Origin: Octopus vulgaris
Taxonomy: Eukaryota
Length of the DNA stretch: 64,000 bases
Assembly: GCA_951406725.2 (NCBI GenBank)
Contig: OX597829.1
Coordinates: forward strand, 55,676,001-55,740,000
Direction: 5' to 3'
Below, piece by piece: positions 26,110 through 40,984 of the stretch; position 1 is the first letter of the stretch, and each line of letters opens with the position of its first letter. Made by a program: the position numbers and the translations under genes. Under the pieces are notes generated by a model. It was not told where the DNA came from and ran no database searches. It was given only the letters and a program-made list of their open reading frames with translations.

Positions 26110-26426
26110 AAAAATATATATAAAGTAAAAATATATATAAAGTAAAAATATATATAAAGTAAAAATATTTGTCGCGTGCCAAATTCTTTTATTTTTCGTT
26201 TATTTTTGTTATCGTGTGCTTCGGATTACTTGTCTCCTCTACTGACATCCATAATTAGTTCCTAGAATTATGGATAAAAAAAAAACCCCCAGAATACCTG
26301 ACAGTCTCAGTATCTATCTCCATCTGCGACCAAATCCTAGCCCTAACCGTTCTAAGAACCATAGAGGTTTCACGTGTCGACCAAATAGCTTAATGCACGT
26401 TGGGTCAAAAGGAAGAAAAAAAACCT

Positions 26427-26823
26427 TACTCTTTTACTTGTTTCAGTCATTTGACTGCGGCCATGCTGTAGCATCGCCTTTAGTCGAGCAAATCGACACT
26501 CAGGACTTATTCTTTGTAAGCCTAGTCCCTATTCTATCGGTTCTTTTAGCTGAACTGCTATGTTACGGGGACGTAAACACACCAGCATCGGTTGTCAAGC
26601 GACGATAGGGGGTAGGGGGAAACAGACACACAACACATATACACACATACATATATACGACGGGCTTCTTTCAGTTTCCGTCTACGAAATCCACTCACAA
26701 GGCTTTGGTCAGCCCGAGGCTATAGTAGAAGAAACTTGCCCAAGGTGCCACGCAGTGCGACTGAACCCGGAACCATGTGGTTGGTAAGCAAGCTACTTAC
26801 CACACAGCTACTCCTGCGCCTAT
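26427..26823 (-). mobile_element. SINE family A, full length
   Basis: Reverse complement of the family consensus. Confidence 0.85.
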
Positions 26824-27079
26824 AGTCAAATAAAAACCCACAATCTCAAAGGCTGGAATGACGCATTAGGAAGGTCCTTCGAATGTAAAAAGGAGGGATT
26901 GTCACGGCTGAAGCAGATGCAGTCGACGTTCTGATGGATGAGAGCGCATCTGGTAGTGAAAAGCCAACATCAAGTATAACTAAGCATCGCTCATTTGCTA
27001 ACATAAACAAATCACATACACAAAACAGAGACAGGAAAATATACGCAACGTTTATTGTAGATTCACAGTGAAATCATAA

Positions 27080-27437
27080 CCTACACTCGCCTCCTTATGA
27101 GAGCTCAAAATCTCTCGTGGAAGCGCCATCCAACCAAAATGCAAATATATGGGAAGCTACCACCTGTGTCATCTCTTGTGAAAGGTAAGAGAGTCCAGTT
27201 TGCTGGACATTGTTGTAGAGCTGAAAACGAGGTAATTTCTACTCTTCTCCTCTGGAAGCCATCCACTCGCAATACCGGAGGGCGCACACTCTCCTACCCT
27301 GATGTAATCTCCAGGAATACAGGCATCCAGCAACAGGACCTCCGTAATGCTATGATGGATCGTGAAGTCTGGCGTAGCATGGTAAATTCCATTGTCTCGA
27401 TCACGGTCGAACAATGATGATGATGATGATGATGATG
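27080..27437 (+). mobile_element. RTE-group LINE 3' end
   Basis: YTRLLMRAQNLSWK...RVQFAGHCCR...LLLWKP...AMMDREVWR, then a (TGA)n tail. Confidence 0.8.
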
Positions 27438-27648
27438 AAATCATAAAAGAAAAAGAAACCCCAGCAAAACTATGTACAATTTATTCTTAGAACTTCAACA
27501 AGAATCAAATTTGGCTGATGTAAAGAAACAGCTACCGAGGATGAAGTGTATCAGTTTTTACTGAGCTCAGTGTTTCCATAATAAACAACAGTAAACTACA
27601 AACACCACCGAACAGTACAGTTCTCAATAATAAACACGGAGACCACAT

Positions 27649-27843
<195 letters not shown>

Positions 27844-28608
27844 ACTAAAGTAAAGATTACTGCAATCTTCTTTCGTTCCTTCTGTTATTTGCAAAGCAGA
27901 CGTGTATCCAACATTCGAGAGAATTACTAAAATACAATCTTGAAACAAGTGTTTTTTCCTCTGGGCCCGGATACATACAAACAAGAACACAACATCGAAA
28001 AGTTCGCCTGTCACGAGTTCTACGGTAGGATGTAAACTATCAAATAATAAGCGCAGATGGGTGGACCGCAATTGCAAACAGAGCAAATCTATTTTGCGTA
28101 TATTTTCTGTAGTCACCGTCAAACCCTGCGAAGAGTCGTTCTGTTGTATCTTTGTATCAGCATAGGAAGCTTGCTTAACTAATCCCAGACCGTTAGCTCT
28201 TACCTGCACTGGTTGTTTGTAATTCGAATGACCGAGGTTCTTAGGCGAAATGTTCGTAGACAGATGTTTGAAAGGTTACAGAAGAGCAGGATTTCGGGGG
28301 AATGTAAGGGAGAGAAAGAGGGAGAGAGAGAGAGAGTACGAGAGAGTGTATAAGAGAGAGAGTATGAAAGAGAGAGTATGAGAGAGAGAAGAGGGAGTGA
28401 GAGAGAGAGAGAGAGGAGGGAGAGAGAGAGAGAGGAAGTAAAAAGAGTAATGGATGTGAGTTTGTAAATAAAACTAATTTTAAAGAAAGGAAGAATAAGT
28501 GGACAGGAAAAAAATATATTAAAGACGAATTGGCATCAGCAGATGTGCGTGCGTGCGTGTGTGTGTGTGCGTGCGCGCGTGCCTGCGTGTGTATGTGTGC
28601 ATGTGTAT

Positions 28609-28643
<35 letters not shown>

Positions 28644-30266
28644 CATGTGTGTGATAAATTAATGTGTGAGGGGGAAGAGAAGAAAAGGGGGTGATTATTA
28701 TACGAGAAATTTAGTTTAGGACAAGCTGTCAGGATTGAGAATGAGAGAGAAGTTGAGCAAATTGTTTTAAGTCGGCTTAGATAAGGTTCGTCATTAAGAT
28801 CTGGTAATTTATCCTCATTAGACAAGTAAAGAGGAAATGAATTGAAATGATGCCAAAGGAGGATTGTGTGGTGTGGAAAGAGGAAGTAGAAAATAAGAAA
28901 ACATCTATGCCTGTCTCTTGCTCATAAACAGAGATCAGATTTTCCTCTAAACATGTAAATTAATTTTGGTAGATTAATTAATTTCTTCCAGTTATCTCCC
29001 CTTTTATTTCAGAGCGGCGAACAATCTAATAGTAACTTCAAGGTTCATCTTTTGTTATTAATAAATTGAGAATTCATTTTTTGTGTGTATACTACTTAAA
29101 ATACACTACATTTTGAATTATTTATCTAAATTCCTGCTACTTGTCCATTGGGGTTATTTCTCATGGTTCATTTTATGGTCAAATTATAAACGTAACGCTT
29201 TTTTAAAACGCAAAATCGTTTCGGCTGATGATTTGGCCAAAGTAGAAAAAATTACACTATGCTGATGAAGACCGACGAATCAGAAACATGTCTGCAGTTG
29301 CCTCCTTGCCAGAAACAAAGATTAATTTTCCACATGAAGTTATGTTAAACTTGAGGCATTAATTGTTAATTTCCGGCATTTATCTCCCTTTTTTACTTGG
29401 GAGTCGCTAAGATTTGCTGCTGGTTTCTTTTTCATCTTTCAAGTAAGAAAGAAATCTCAGTTAATTAAGAATTTTTGCTTATGTCATTCAGTTCATCATC
29501 CCTTTAATTTGCATATCTTTGAAGTCATGTCATTGGCCCACTTGAGCCAATGAAATTTCTTCAAACTGACTTCACTTTTTAACAATAAATAAAGTATATA
29601 CCAAAAAGTCAATTTGCTTTCCTTCTTCATAAATGAAGTCTTGTTGCATATAAGATGAAATCGAAAATTTACGGATGAATATTTTGACACAGTAGAGAAT
29701 TATTACTCACATCATTCCTGTTGCTTTAAAAGGAAATGACTCATTGCGTAGTCTAACTCTAGTAACCCTTTCTTGGCGAGAAATATACAATAGTCTTCGA
29801 TCAGGGCCAAGCAACACATCGCAGAAACACACGCATACACGCACAAAGTATGGAAACCTCATATAATAAACAAGACACATCCATTATCTTCTTTTTCAAT
29901 TCAAGTTAACTTTTTTTTTTCATAAAATAAAACCAACACTCAAAGCAGAAAGTTTCACAACATAAGAAAAATCACAAAAATCAAAGTAAATAAAATACCC
30001 GTCATAAAAATAACACAGACTCTCTGAATAGCAGCAAAGCAACATTAACCCCCTAAAAGCATTTTTATGGAATTTTAAAACATCACCACACGTGCTATGT
30101 ACATCTGTGTCATATGAAACAAAGTTATATTCCCAGTAGATGTCCCTTATTTTGTGATAAACAGGTCAAAATATATACGTTCATTTTAATGCAGAGCGTT
30201 GATAACTAAAACGGCAATAAAAGTCATATGAAACAGGAAGCGCCAAAAGACACACAAACACACACA

Positions 30267-30369
<103 letters not shown>

Positions 30370-30875
30370 GCTTACACTAGACACCTCTCAAATTCGTTTC
30401 TCCCTCTGAAAAAACAATCTTCTCCGCCCACGTTTTCTTGCACACTTTGATATACAAACCGAAAATTTGCGACATCGATTTCATTACCCTAATTTCGTGA
30501 AGGTTATTGTAATTTCTCATCACCAATAACAAATTAGTTCACGGTAATTTGTTGTGAATGACCATTTTCTAATGAAGGCTAGATTGTGATTTTAACTCCA
30601 TAGCGTCAAATATTTTTCAACTAGAGCTGACTTTATTTACACTCGTTATTGCTATGTGATGATGGCGTGATTGGAAAAGTTTGAAAACTGATGGAAATGT
30701 TTTCCCTGAAGACACTTTACTGGTGCTCTTGTTCGAAGTGCTTTTGTGCGCACACACGCGCGCTAGCACACACACAGATTGACACACATACGCACAAACA
30801 CACACACACTCACATGCATACTTACAGATATATTGGGATATGTATGCATGTGTGTGTGTATTTACATACATACAT

Positions 30876-30907
<32 letters not shown>

Positions 30908-30964
30908 GCACATATATATTATATATATATATATATTATATTTATGAATGGCTGTGTGACTACG

Positions 30965-31343
30965 AAGGAGTGACTGTGTGATAAGTAGCTTGCTTATCAA
31001 CCACATGGTTCGAGGTTCGGTCCCACTGCGTGGGACTTTGGACAGGTGACTTCTGCTATAGCCTCGGGTCGCCTAAAGCCTTGTGAGTCGGTCTGGTAGA
31101 CGAAAACTGAAACAAGACCGTGGTATATATATATATGTGTGTCTGTGTTTGTCCCCTCACCATCGCTTGATAACCGATATTGGTGTGTTTACGTCCTTAT
31201 AATTTAGCGATTCAGCAAGAGAAACCGGCAGAATAAGTACTAGGCTTATAAAGAATAAGTGCTGCGTTTAATTTGTTCGACTAAATGCGGTGCTTCAGCA
31301 TGGCCACAGTCAAATGACTGAAACAAGTAAAAGAATAAAAGAA
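30965..31343 (+). mobile_element. SINE family A
   Basis: Family consensus match. Confidence 0.8.
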
Positions 31344-32124
31344 TCTATATATTTTTTATTTCGTTTTGGGATTTGGTTTGCAAAATTCTTTACGTGAGTT
31401 CGTGTGTTTCAACACATTCTGTTGTGTCTGGGAAGAGTCATTCTCTTTTGGTGCCTTATAATTTAACACACTCACTGGTAATGTTGCCACTCATTTCCTT
31501 TTTTTTTATTTTCCTAAAATTTTCGTTGCGTTTTGAAACCTTTTCAATAATCGTTATGAACTCACGTAAAGAATCTTGCAAACCAAGTCCAAAAACGAAA
31601 TATATATATTTATATATTCAGCCAAATATATACGTTTTATTTAATATTTTGCACGTTACTTAATCATTGTTATATGTTTTATCTTATATTTAATCTTTCT
31701 ATAAGATGTAATTTTTCTAAATGGTATAATTTAATTTTTCAATATTGAATTGATAAAGGGTGTTTTTTTTCTAATTTTATATATATGCATATATATAGTG
31801 GGCCTATTTGGTATTACATTTAACATTTGACTTGTATAATTACTGTTTTATGAATTTTCCATTGCACTTATTTAATTTGAGATTTTCATATTAATTTTAT
31901 ATTAAGAAACATTTTTATATTAAGTTCCATTTTTGAAACAGTACGCTTTGTGAAAATTTGCATGCATGTATGTATATGTATCAAGTAATATCCTATTAAA
32001 TATTAATTCTTCTTGTAGGTCTGAAGTTTATCAGTGTACTCCCCAACCACATGATTCCGGCATGTGTCTTATACCATACCCTCGGGCACCCTCGGGCCGA
32101 TCAAAGTTTTGTGAGTGAATATGG

Positions 32125-33289
32125 TGAAACAATGCATCGGTCCAGATGCATTTTCCACTGTTCAAAGCAGTCTTAGAACTCGTACGAAGAGATGCCCTTT
32201 AACGCCTCCATTGTTTTCTCCTTCACGTCTTCCATTTGGGGGGGGGGGATAAAAAAAGGTGCAGGGAGCAAAATCGAGTGAATAGAGAGAGAGAGAGAGT
32301 GGGCAAGCGGGATCATGCCATTTTTGGTCAAAAACTGTTTCACACTCATGACGGTGTGCAAAGGTGCATTGTCGTAATGAAAACACCACTCTGCATTCGC
32401 CACAGGTCGGGGCGTTTTCGAATCAACGTGTTTCGCAAACGCTTCCGAACCGCCAAATAAAATGACCTGGTTAACAGTTAGACCAGGGGGAACAAATACT
32501 GTTTGAAAAATTCCGTTCGCATCGATGAAGCATCAGCATCGTCTTGACACTGGATTTCACTTGACGCATTTTTTGGAGGACGTGGTGACATTGAATGTTT
32601 CCATTGGCTCGATTGCTGCTTCGTTTTCGGGTCATAGCCGTAGCAGCAGCTTTCGTCACCAGTGATGACCTTCGAGAAAAGGTTCGGATCAACTGTTCTT
32701 TCAGTTCACGATACGCATTCAGGCGTGACTGCTTTTGATCTTCTGTGAGCAAGTGAGGCATAAATTTTGCTGCAACTCTTTTCATTTGCAATTCCTCGCT
32801 CAAATCGTTGGCAGGTGCTCCAGGATACACCAGTCACATCAACAAGTTTGTCAATTGTTCGGTGATGGTCCTCCAAGATCAGTTCACGAATTTTCTTGAT
32901 GATTTCATTCGTTCGGGAGGTCGACGGTCGCCCTGAACGATGTTGGTCTCCAAAAGACAAGTGACCGTTTCTAAAGCGTGAAAACCTCTCGTAAACATGT
33001 GTTTTGCTCATGATATCGTCCTTGTAAGCTGTCTGAAGCATGACAACCACTTTGGCCGCCGTTTTCCCCAGCAGAAAGCAGAATTTCACGGAACATGCTG
33101 TTCCTTCATTTCAGCTATCGCAAAAATCGGCAAACAAAGGAGAAGCATTGCAAAAGAAAGACGTACCTCATGGTAATAGGACTACACCCGCTGACGCCGA
33201 TCGGCAGACTGATGCCTGAGGGTCGCATCAAGTGGCTTCTACCGTCGGAAAGCTGAACTATAACAGAGAACGTTTCCGGTTACTTTTGG

Positions 33290-33290
<1 letters not shown>
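32125..33290 (-). mobile_element. Decayed mariner transposon (transposase pseudogene)
   Basis: KFCFLLGKTA...RFRNG...RSGRPSTS HTH region, AAKFMPHLL, HYDNAPLH and YSLDFAPC (YSPDLAP-like) spread over frameshifted ORFs. Confidence 0.85.
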
Positions 33291-33338
<48 letters not shown>

Positions 33339-34021
33339 TGTGTGTCTTTGTATCTGTTTGTCCCCTACTACAACTTGGCGACCGGTATAGTGGCTCAGCA
33401 AAAGAGATCGATAGAATAAATATCAGACTTAAGAAAAAGTACTGGGATTGATTCATTCGACTTAAAAATGCTTCAAGGCGGTGCCCCAGCATGGCCGTAG
33501 TCTAAAGACTGAAAAAAATAAAAGGTAAAAAATAAAAGATATAATTGTTATCATAGATATAATCTAGTTCGTATTCGTATTTGGTTTGCAAGATTCTTGA
33601 TGTGAATTCGTGTGTTGAAAGAAATGCTATTGAACCTCGGGAGGGGCATCATGCTGGTAATAATAAACACACGCACTGGTTCGGTCCTTCATTGTTATTG
33701 TTAGTTAATGGGTTAGTTACTCCGTTAACCAGTTTATCAATCATGCGTTTTTTGGTCAAACAGTTGATCGTTCAAATGTTCAGTTTTGTTAGTTTTCTCA
33801 TTTCTTTTTTTTGTTTTTGTGAAATAATTATTTCATCGCATTGTTGAAATCTCTTCAATGACACGTCTTTCTACTTCCATTTCTTTTGAACTTATGTTCC
33901 AGCGTTGGGAGTAAACTAACCCATTAATTAACAATAACAATAAAAGACCGAACCAGTGCGTGTGTCTATTATTACCGGCATAATGCCCCTCCCAAGGTTC
34001 AATAGAAATAATCTAATATAT

Positions 34022-34445
34022 ACTCTTTACTCTTTACTCTTTTACTTGTTTCAGTCATTTGACTGCGGCCATGCTGGAGCACCGCCTTTAGTCGAGCAAA
34101 TCGACCCCGGGACTTATTCTTTGTAAGCCCAGTACTTATTCTATCGGTCTCTTTTGCCGAACCGCTAAGTGACAGGGACGTAAACACACCAGCATCGGTT
34201 GTTAAGCAATGCTAGGGGACAAACACAGACATACAAACATATACACACACACTTATATATATATATATACATATATACGACAGGCTTCTTTCAGTTTCCG
34301 TCTACCAAATTCATTCACAAGGCATTGGTCGGCCTGGGGCTATAGCAGAAGACACTTGCCCAAGATGCCACGCAGTGGGACTGAACCCAGAACCATGTGG
34401 CTGGTTAGCAAGCTACTTACCACACAGCCACTACTATTGCGCCTG
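34022..34445 (-). mobile_element. SINE family A, full length
   Basis: Near-identical to the reverse complement of 12912-13324. Confidence 0.85.
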
Positions 34446-34489
34446 TGTAAAATATGTGTAAAATATTTTTTTCATTTTTGGCGAACAGC

Positions 34490-35110
<621 letters not shown>

Positions 35111-35554
35111 GGCACATGCAAGCATGCATGCATATTGCTTGGCAATATATGGATGTGTGTAACTTTACATACACACAATCATCACGCACTCGTATACTCG
35201 AAGCATTTAACAACCGGAGCTAAAATCTTTCAGTATGTTATATAATACGCTGGTAGCTTTGTTGACCAATCGATATCAGCTGCTATGTCGTCGGTCATAT
35301 CCTGTGTTTATGTTCCAGCCACTTAATTGTCAATGATCTAATGATCCACCTAACAACTAGTTTTTCTTCTTACCGCTGGATGTCATAATTAACAAATGTA
35401 ACCGTAACAATACTGTAAAATTGATAAATAGTTTCGTTGGCTTCGAGGTCGAAGTTCCAATCTATCTGTAGAAAATTACAATCAACAGACAGATGCTCTA
35501 CTAAAATGTGATTCACTACCAAACTACACATACGCAGCAGTTTATGTGTTTACC

Positions 35555-35679
<125 letters not shown>

Positions 35680-35727
35680 AATAAATGAAAGAATGGAGTT
35701 GAACGACGAATTAACAAAATTCCTTTA

Positions 35728-35810
35728 TTTTCGACATATGTTTCGAAGGCTGCATATTCCTAATTTCGAAGGAATAAGGTGTGCATTATGCCGCCTTCTC
35801 ATCAGGAAAA
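35728..35810 (-). ncRNA. Type I hammerhead ribozyme, intact core
   Basis: ttttc CTGATGA gaaggc...gccttc GAAAC atat GTC gaaaa; same family as 1999-2086. Confidence 0.8.
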
Positions 35811-36101
35811 ACAAGGTACTTATGTCAGCATCAAGATGCACAAAGACATTTAGATGACTGCCCACACGGAGCCCATAGCGATAATGAGTGTTTCTTTAAA
35901 ATATTCCGTTATAAGCACATCGAACGCGTTATCAATGCTGGTATGCTTATGTCCCTCTAACTTAGCGGTTCAGCAAAAGCAACTGATTGAATAAGTACTG
36001 GGCTTACAAAGTAAAGTCCTGGGGTCGATTTGCTTGACTAAAGGCAGTGCTCCAGCATGGCCACAGTCAAATGACTGAAACAAGTAAAAGGATAGATAGA
36101 T

Positions 36102-37670
36102 ATTGTTATATTTCGGAATGGTCATTTTGCCAGTTTAGCCAATAAAAACACACGCACTATATATTTGGTGTTACTTTGCTTCAGTGTTATTTATTTTTTA
36201 CATTAATCTTAATCTTATTTCGGCCAGAGTTCTTTCGTCACACTCATGTGACCGCATCAGTGGTCCTTTGTTTTCTTCTTTCTTATTTGTGTCTCTCCTT
36301 ACTAACCGTCAGCCATTTTGTATTTCTATTGTATGTCTTCATTTGCGCATGCTTATATCTCTATGTGCGTTTATGTTTATTTAGTGTGTGGGGATGCCTG
36401 TAATATTTGTATCTTCTGTTTATATATGTTCATGTAATTTGTAATTTTATATGTTCATGTAATTTGTATGTTGTTTTTTGTTGTTTTTTTGTTTTGTTTT
36501 TGTTGTTTTTGTTTATTCTTATTTTGTTCATGTGTTTACATCCACCTATTATTATCATTACATATGCTTGTATGTATGTATGTATGTATGTATGTATGTA
36601 TGTATAACAACAATACTAGTAATAATAATAATAAATTGAATCGAAAATATATATATATATAGTTATTTATTTCTATTAGTTTATTTATCTGTGTATTTAT
36701 TATGTTTTCAGGATCCTCTATCGTCATATGTTGTGGTGTGTGTTAGTGCTCCATTCTAGTTTTCTGTTCAGACTAGGTTTATTTTCTATTATGTGTGTAG
36801 CTTCTGTAATTTGTCTAATTGTTGCATCTGATCTATGTGTGGATAATATTTTAATTTCTATGTTATTGATTGATCTCCCGTGTTCTTGTTCGGCGTGTTG
36901 GTACAGAATCGATGAGCTTTTACCTTCCTTGAGTTGTCTCCAATGTTCATTTACCCGCTCCCCTATGCTTCTTGCCGTTTCCCCTACGCATGTCGTTGTC
37001 TTGTTACTGCATCGTCCCTCTATACATCTTATACTATAGACTACATTTCTGGCTTTACAGTTTGTTTGTGGGCTAAATCTACATACAGTACAGTACTTAT
37101 CCGTACAGGGGGTTCTACTAAAAGGATAGGTTCTACCAATTATAGATTTGATAGGGTTACCTGGCTTTTCAACAACCTTAATTCTTAGCTTAAGTTTGTC
37201 TAGGGTCCTTCTAAACCGATACGCCAGTTCACCTCCAGGGGTGGTGTCAACGAACATGACACTCTGGTATTTATGGCTATCATACCAAGAGTTGGCCTTC
37301 CCTATTTTCATTTTGTCCTTTCTATAGTGTTCCATGACTTGTTCCTATAGAGTGGGCAAATACCATTCCTATCATTACATAATATATTATTAAATTTCTT
37401 CATGGTTCCTTTGTATACTCTGATCCTTTCTTTATGGCTGTAACCTGAGAACTGCATGCGGTGAATGAAATATTGTATGTGTCTCTTTAACTCTGTGGGC
37501 TCGCACATGCATGACACATTTCTCATTATTCTGACTAGGTCTGCCATCAAAATATTGAATTTGGCATTGTCCGCAATGGCTGAGTTCCGGTGGATCAAGT
37601 ATTTTAAGGCCATAGGTTTGGCATAGTATGAATGAAAGATTTGGGTTTTATTATTCACAATTTCTAGCCA
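36102..37670 (-). mobile_element. 5'-truncated Penelope-like element (RT C-terminus/thumb + GIY-YIG endonuclease + 3' UTR)
   Basis: ORF 37308-37658 (YYAKPM...HRNSA...RIMRN...SGYS), frameshift, then ORF 36724-37335 (CKARNVVYSIRC..C...VGETARSIGERVNEH...RQITEATHI...PSLN). Flanked by (GATA)n on both sides. Confidence 0.85.
36222..36266 (-). ncRNA. Minimal hammerhead-like motif in Penelope 3' UTR (variant core)
   Basis: ggacca CTGATGC g gtcaca tgag tgtgac GAAA gaa CTC tggcc. Confidence 0.55.
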
Positions 37671-37935
37671 GAGATAGATAGATAGATAAATAGTTAAAAA
37701 ATATGTGGGGTCAGGTTGACCTGGCCAATGGCTGCGCTATTTTCAACAAAGAAGATGATGATGTCAAAGAGCTTAAAACTAAGACATGCAAATATCATCA
37801 TCATCACCATCACCATCATCGCCATCATTGCCATCATCATCATAATCGTCATCATCATCATCACAACAGCTGTGAAAAAACCCAAAAATTTCTCTTATCC
37901 CTTACAACATATATATATATATACAAGAATAAAGC

Positions 37936-38030
<95 letters not shown>

Positions 38031-38032
38031 TC

Positions 38033-38136
38033 TAGGTAAAGTAGACAATCGTTCAACTCCATTCTTTCATTTATTTGTATATATATATATACAAATAAAT
38101 GAAAGAATGGAGTTGAACGATTGTCTACTTTGCCTA
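38033..38136. repeat. Near-perfect palindrome centred on (TA)n
   Basis: taggtaaagtagacaatcgttcaactccattctttcatttatttg-(TA)n-complement, with one mismatch. Confidence 0.9.
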
Positions 38137-38445
38137 CAGAATGCTCCGAAAAATATGATACAGAAGACTAAAAACAGATTAACTCGATTTTTTAGCAGAA
38201 TGGGCTTGAGCATAGTTTTCGACGACGAATTAACTAAAGCCAACTTCTTAGATGTTACCTTAAATCTGCAGAATAATTCTTACTTCCCTTATCATAAGCC
38301 TTCTACTAATCTTAAATATATAAGCATTTTCAGTAACCATGCCAAAACTATCACCGATAATTTAGTTAAAAATATATCCTTAAGACTATCAAATTTATCT
38401 GCTAATGTCGACATCTTTAACCAAAAAGCGGAATTTTATAACGAT
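38120..38445 (+). mobile_element. Penelope-like reverse transcriptase fragment
   Basis: NFLDVTLNL...YFPYHKP...YISIFSNH...[14 protein letters not shown]...FY, the RT motif 7/thumb pattern of PLEs. Confidence 0.8.
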
Positions 38446-38467
38446 GTGGTCTAGTCGGTCACGTGGT

Positions 38468-38551
<84 letters not shown>

Positions 38552-38558
38552 AACTAAA

Positions 38559-38789
38559 AGGCGGCGAGCTGGCAGAAACGTTAGCACGCCGGGCGAAATG
38601 CTCAGCAGTATTTCGTCTGTCGCTACGTTCTGAGTTCAAATTCCGCCGAAGTCAACTTTGCCTTTCATCCTTTCGGGGTCGATAAATAAAGTACCAGTTA
38701 CGCACTGGGGTCGATGTAGTTGACTTAATCCCTTTGTCTGTCTTTGTTTGTCCCCTCTATGTTTAGCCCCTTGTGGGCAATAAAGAAAT
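38559..38789 (+). mobile_element. SINE family B, full length
   Basis: ggcggcgagctggcagaaacgttagc...gccccttgtgggcaataaagaaat. Confidence 0.85.
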
Positions 38790-38826
38790 TTATATATATA
38801 ATTATCTATCTATTAATCTATCTTTC

Positions 38827-39536
<710 letters not shown>

Positions 39537-40679
39537 AGGGCGAATGGCACCGCGAGTGACGCGTTGCCCTCAAGCAACTCTGCCGTCCTGGGTCAACCTT
39601 GAGTGACTCCATCACACCCAAAGCATTCTATAGGGGATTAGTGGAGGGGAGGTACGACGACGAGCTCGGGGCGAACCTGGACGTCGACGAGGAATACCTG
39701 ACCCGCCTGTTCGGGACGACTTTCGGGCCAGGGCCCATGGACAACTTCCAGAGATCCCTGGCCTGGCAGTGCTACCGAGAAGCGCTATCCGTTCGGGATA
39801 AGCTCTACAGACACGGCTCGAGAAACACGGGGCCGACCTGCCCGAGATGCGGTCAGAGCGACGAAACCGTTCTGCACGCACTCGTGCATTGTCCAACAAT
39901 TTCCGACCTGTGGGCTTATGTCAAACAACTGCTGTCACGTGTGGGACGAGTCGGTTTATGAGCTGAGTCTATCGTCAATATTGTCACGCCTCCTTCCTTC
40001 AAACGGGAAGGAAGAGCTATTTTCATCATCCTTGTGGCTATGGCGAAAGAATGTATCTGGTGGACGCGTCTGAAAGGATTGGAGACAAACACTTTCCTCT
40101 CTTGTCAACCTCTCATCAACTTCTTCAAGTACCACTTGAAAAGGAAAGTGAGAGTAGAGAGGCAAGTTTTGTCTAGCGAATGTTTTAAAAAAAGATGGGT
40201 GAATGTAGCAAGGATGGCACGTATGAATGACGAAGCCACCTTGAGCATGATCCTATGAACCCAGAAATTGAAAACAGAGAGTTACCCACTTGCAAACAAA
40301 TGTGGTAACATATAAGAATATTGACCAAGGTACCGTGGTCTTTTTCGTAGGCTTTTCTTCACACGGATAAACCTTACTTGCTTTCCCCTTTACACCATAC
40401 ACCATGACACTGTGATACACGATCCCAATTGATGGTTTTTTTCCTCTCTCCCTTTTTTCCTCTTTTATCTTCTCTTTTCATTTTTCTTTTCTTTTTTTCC
40501 CTTTTCTTTTTTCTTTTCTTTTTTTCTTCTTTTTTTTTTCTTTTTTTTGTTCTTTTTTCCCTTTTACGATCCCTTTTGATCGAAAACCTACGCCACCTTT
40601 TTTTTTCTCTCTCAAAAGAAAAGCTCTACCTTGTAACTTGTCCCATCTGTGTGCAGCCCTGTGGGGCCAATAAAGGAAC

Positions 40680-40680
<1 letters not shown>
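39537..40680 (+). mobile_element. Tx1/L1-like LINE, 5'-truncated, with zf-RVT-type zinc finger
   Basis: LAWQCYREALSVRDKL...CPRCGQSDETVLHALVHCP..LW; one in-frame stop at 39959-39961; (TATC)n on both sides. Confidence 0.85.
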
Positions 40681-40767
<87 letters not shown>

Positions 40768-40881
40768 ATATATATATATACACATAGTAAATAAAAAAAC
40801 GAAGAACAAACAAAACAAAAAAACAACAACATGAGGTATATGTAAAGTATTAGCAGACGTTCAGTGAAGGAGAGAAAGATG

Positions 40882-40916
40882 GTTTAACGTTTCGAGCAAA
40901 GCTCTTCTTCAGAAAC
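40882..40916 (-). ncRNA. Minimal hammerhead motif
   Basis: gttt CTGAAGA a gagc ttt gctc GAAAC GTT aaac, with palindromic AACGTT in place of stem III. Confidence 0.6.
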
Positions 40917-40984
40917 AGAGGAAAGTCCAATAGAAAAGGAAGAAGGAAGAAAAAATAGCTAGCGATTCATATGTGGTTTGCGCC

